NCBI RefSeq assembly: GCF_964204645.1
Contig: NC_134031.1
Span: 1,116,001 to 1,180,000, forward strand
DNA: 64,000 nt
Direction of reading: 5' to 3'
DNA from: Tubulanus polymorphus
Taxonomy: Eukaryota; Animalia; Nemertea
A program made the translations under genes and the position numbers. Positions 61,648 to 64,000 of this stretch are shown one piece after another. Within the stretch, counting starts at the first letter, position 1. Every line of letters begins with the position of its first letter. The notes under the pieces were generated by a model. That model was not told the origin of the DNA, searched no databases, and saw only the letters and a program-made list of their open reading frames with translations.

Positions 61648-64000
61648 CTCACGTAATTTATAAGCAAGAGTAAAAAGAGAATCTACCTCCCTTTCAGTTG
61701 AAAGTCAATAATTCTTTTTTTTCTCTATGCGAACCTCGTCATTCAACAGGCTTCATTCATTCTTCTGTCTTTGATGATAATCAGTGGCTTAGTAATATAC
61801 CAAACGTATATTCCTCCAAACAATACATATATCTTACATCGCACACTACTTTATTACTCGCCAAGTCGTCAGTTGTCGTATAGCTGCCATATTGATTACG
61901 ATATGATTATTATTATAACGATATATAGAAGATAATGATTATGATCGGTGTGTAAAAATGAATAATGATGTGTATGACTCTTTCATCTTGATATCTCGTA
62001 ATGAACACGTGTAGAAAAACTCGAGATGGAAGACAATTTTAATATTTGTTTCTTTTTCATATAAAGTCTGAATTACTGTGAACTGTGTTAAAAACGATAC
62101 AATTAATGAATATTATGTGGTCATATGAATTCTCGCGCTGCCCAAAACTATCGGAACCCAAGCGATCAGCGATTAGTAGAAGCCGAACAGATGCCCGAGC
62201 TGTCGATGTTTCGTTCCTATGGTTTTGTGGCACTTTATTCCCATCTTCAACATACTGCTGGGTCCAATCATCGTTTAATATCAGCATTTCTATTTTTGCT
62301 TTCAATAAAATGGCAATTTAAAATGATAAATGAAAAAAAAACTTGTGTTTAATGTTTTGTTTTTTGTTAGGATCAACACTGTGTTGATCCTTAGAATGGT
62401 TCCGAGAGTGACTTTCTGTTAGCTCTTCGTGGTACAGATTGCAACGACTGGATACACACAGCTGATATTTTGTCATCAGGAGGGGAAAAGGTGTTGCAAT
62501 TAATATGAAGAGTTGACATCGTTTTAGAGTCCATGCTAATATGATGAACATTTTCAAAGCAATTAAGTAAATAATTTACATTCAAAAAGACATAATGGTT
62601 TTTTGGAAACGTCGGTATTGAGTAAATAAAGGATACATTTCGACCTGGGGGCATGGACCATTCATACATCATTGTCATCATTGCATGCAAGGAGATATTG
62701 ACCCTGGTTGGAGAGGGCTTCCTCACAAGTTACAAAACTCTGCTTTGTGGTCAATGAAGGTGCGAGTCTACCAATCATCACGATATGAACTTCTGATGAT
62801 GAAGCGTCATTAAAGATTATCCAGATCTATAGAATTCTAAAGATCTCCACACTCATATATGACGATATGGACAACTAATGACATGAATATTTATTCATCA
62901 AACAGTTATAAATACATTGCACCAATTTACCAGTGTCATGACATACATATTCACAATTTGTACATATTTTCAAATTATAACCGAACAACAAACTATTGTC
63001 AAAAGAAGCCTCTGGTGCTCCCTGTAAACGTCGAGTGTAGTTAGTATCGTGCTTTAGAGACCTGCAATAACATTGAATTATCAATCAATACTTGAATCGT
63101 CAGTAATTAATAATTACACGAACATCTGCACCGCCTGCAAACTCTTCTGACATGAAAAAAAAACACTATTTCTCATATTCTCAATTGACTGCTGTTTTAA
63201 CGATCGATCATAAGATCATAATCTACATTTTGAACTGTATTGTTAGTTAATGAACTTTTGACAAACTGCAAATATATTGGTACAGTTTTTAAGATGGAGG
63301 AAACATATACATCTCGTGCAGCACACAATATCATAAAGATAGTAATCGTCTCCCTAAGGGGTTCGATAGCTTTTAATCATCTAAAAAGGTTTTAAACGCA
63401 TTTTGCCCATTCAATTTGTGAATTTCTCGGCGGAGAGACGCACAACATAAATCAAGATCGGGTCTGGCAGATGTGGGCCAGACTCGTAAAAAATTGTATA
63501 AATCTTCAATTTGATCGTCATTACTAATTGGACAGGTTCGATTCTCCATGTAAGGTACTTGAAGGGTCACGATCCCCGAAACCCCCTCTGGATCCGCGCC
63601 TGTATCCCAAAACCTATATGATTCATTGAGTTCCCCTTCGCGGTATACCAGCCCTGATCCGGTCGGAATATAGTTCAAAAAATGTACTCGTTTATTTAAA
63701 AAAAAAGAAACAATACAAGGAGACTTTATCACAGATGTCATACATTATTTTTTTCCGAACAAAAAAGATCGAATGTCTATTCATCTTCCCGTCTCACGGC
63801 GCTCAAACGACAATAGTCTGACTGATGAATGTATTTGTCACCCAGTCCCGACCGGTTTAATAGATGGGAAAGCCTCAAAAGCCGCAGTAATAAATAGCTA
63901 TCGGTGTTCTAATGATTTCTTAATTATCTATAAATTATCTATACAATGGATACATTTCGGGCCTCACTCAGGGGCACAAGTTGCTCGAATATTCTGGTTG

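Noticed and set aside
62057-63741. Minus-strand ORFs suggesting a convergent neighbouring gene
   Set aside because: No recognisable domain or consistent exon chain; partly overlaps repeat-like sequence

Overview
Eukaryotic, AT-rich invertebrate genomic DNA. Almost the whole window is the 3' half of one + strand gene, a Cav2-type (cacophony/UNC-2/CACNA1A-B-like) voltage-gated calcium channel alpha-1 subunit. It runs from the end of the II-III loop (exon at 1869) through domains III and IV, the EF-hand and IQ region, to the terminal DDWC PDZ ligand (stop at 55912), followed by probable 3' UTR/intergenic DNA. I assembled the exon chain by hand with consistent GT-AG phases. The most notable content is a dense alternative-splicing system. 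(1) Two tandem-duplicated, apparently mutually exclusive exon pairs encode IIIS5+turret (7766-7926 / 9670-9830) and IVS1-S2 loop+IVS2 (16915-17025 / 18086-18220). (2) A candidate competing RNA docking-site/selector system may choose between the IIIS5 exons. (3) Clusters of frame-preserving micro/mini-exons lie in the IIIS3-S4 linker, the IVS3-S4 linker and the C-terminal tail. (4) There is a possible non-canonical GG donor before the IQ exon. Introns carry many MITEs (piggyBac-like, Harbinger-like, pogo-like, some nested), a tRNA-derived SINE head and minisatellites with higher-order structure. Alternative-exon calls are predictions from sequence only and need transcript evidence.
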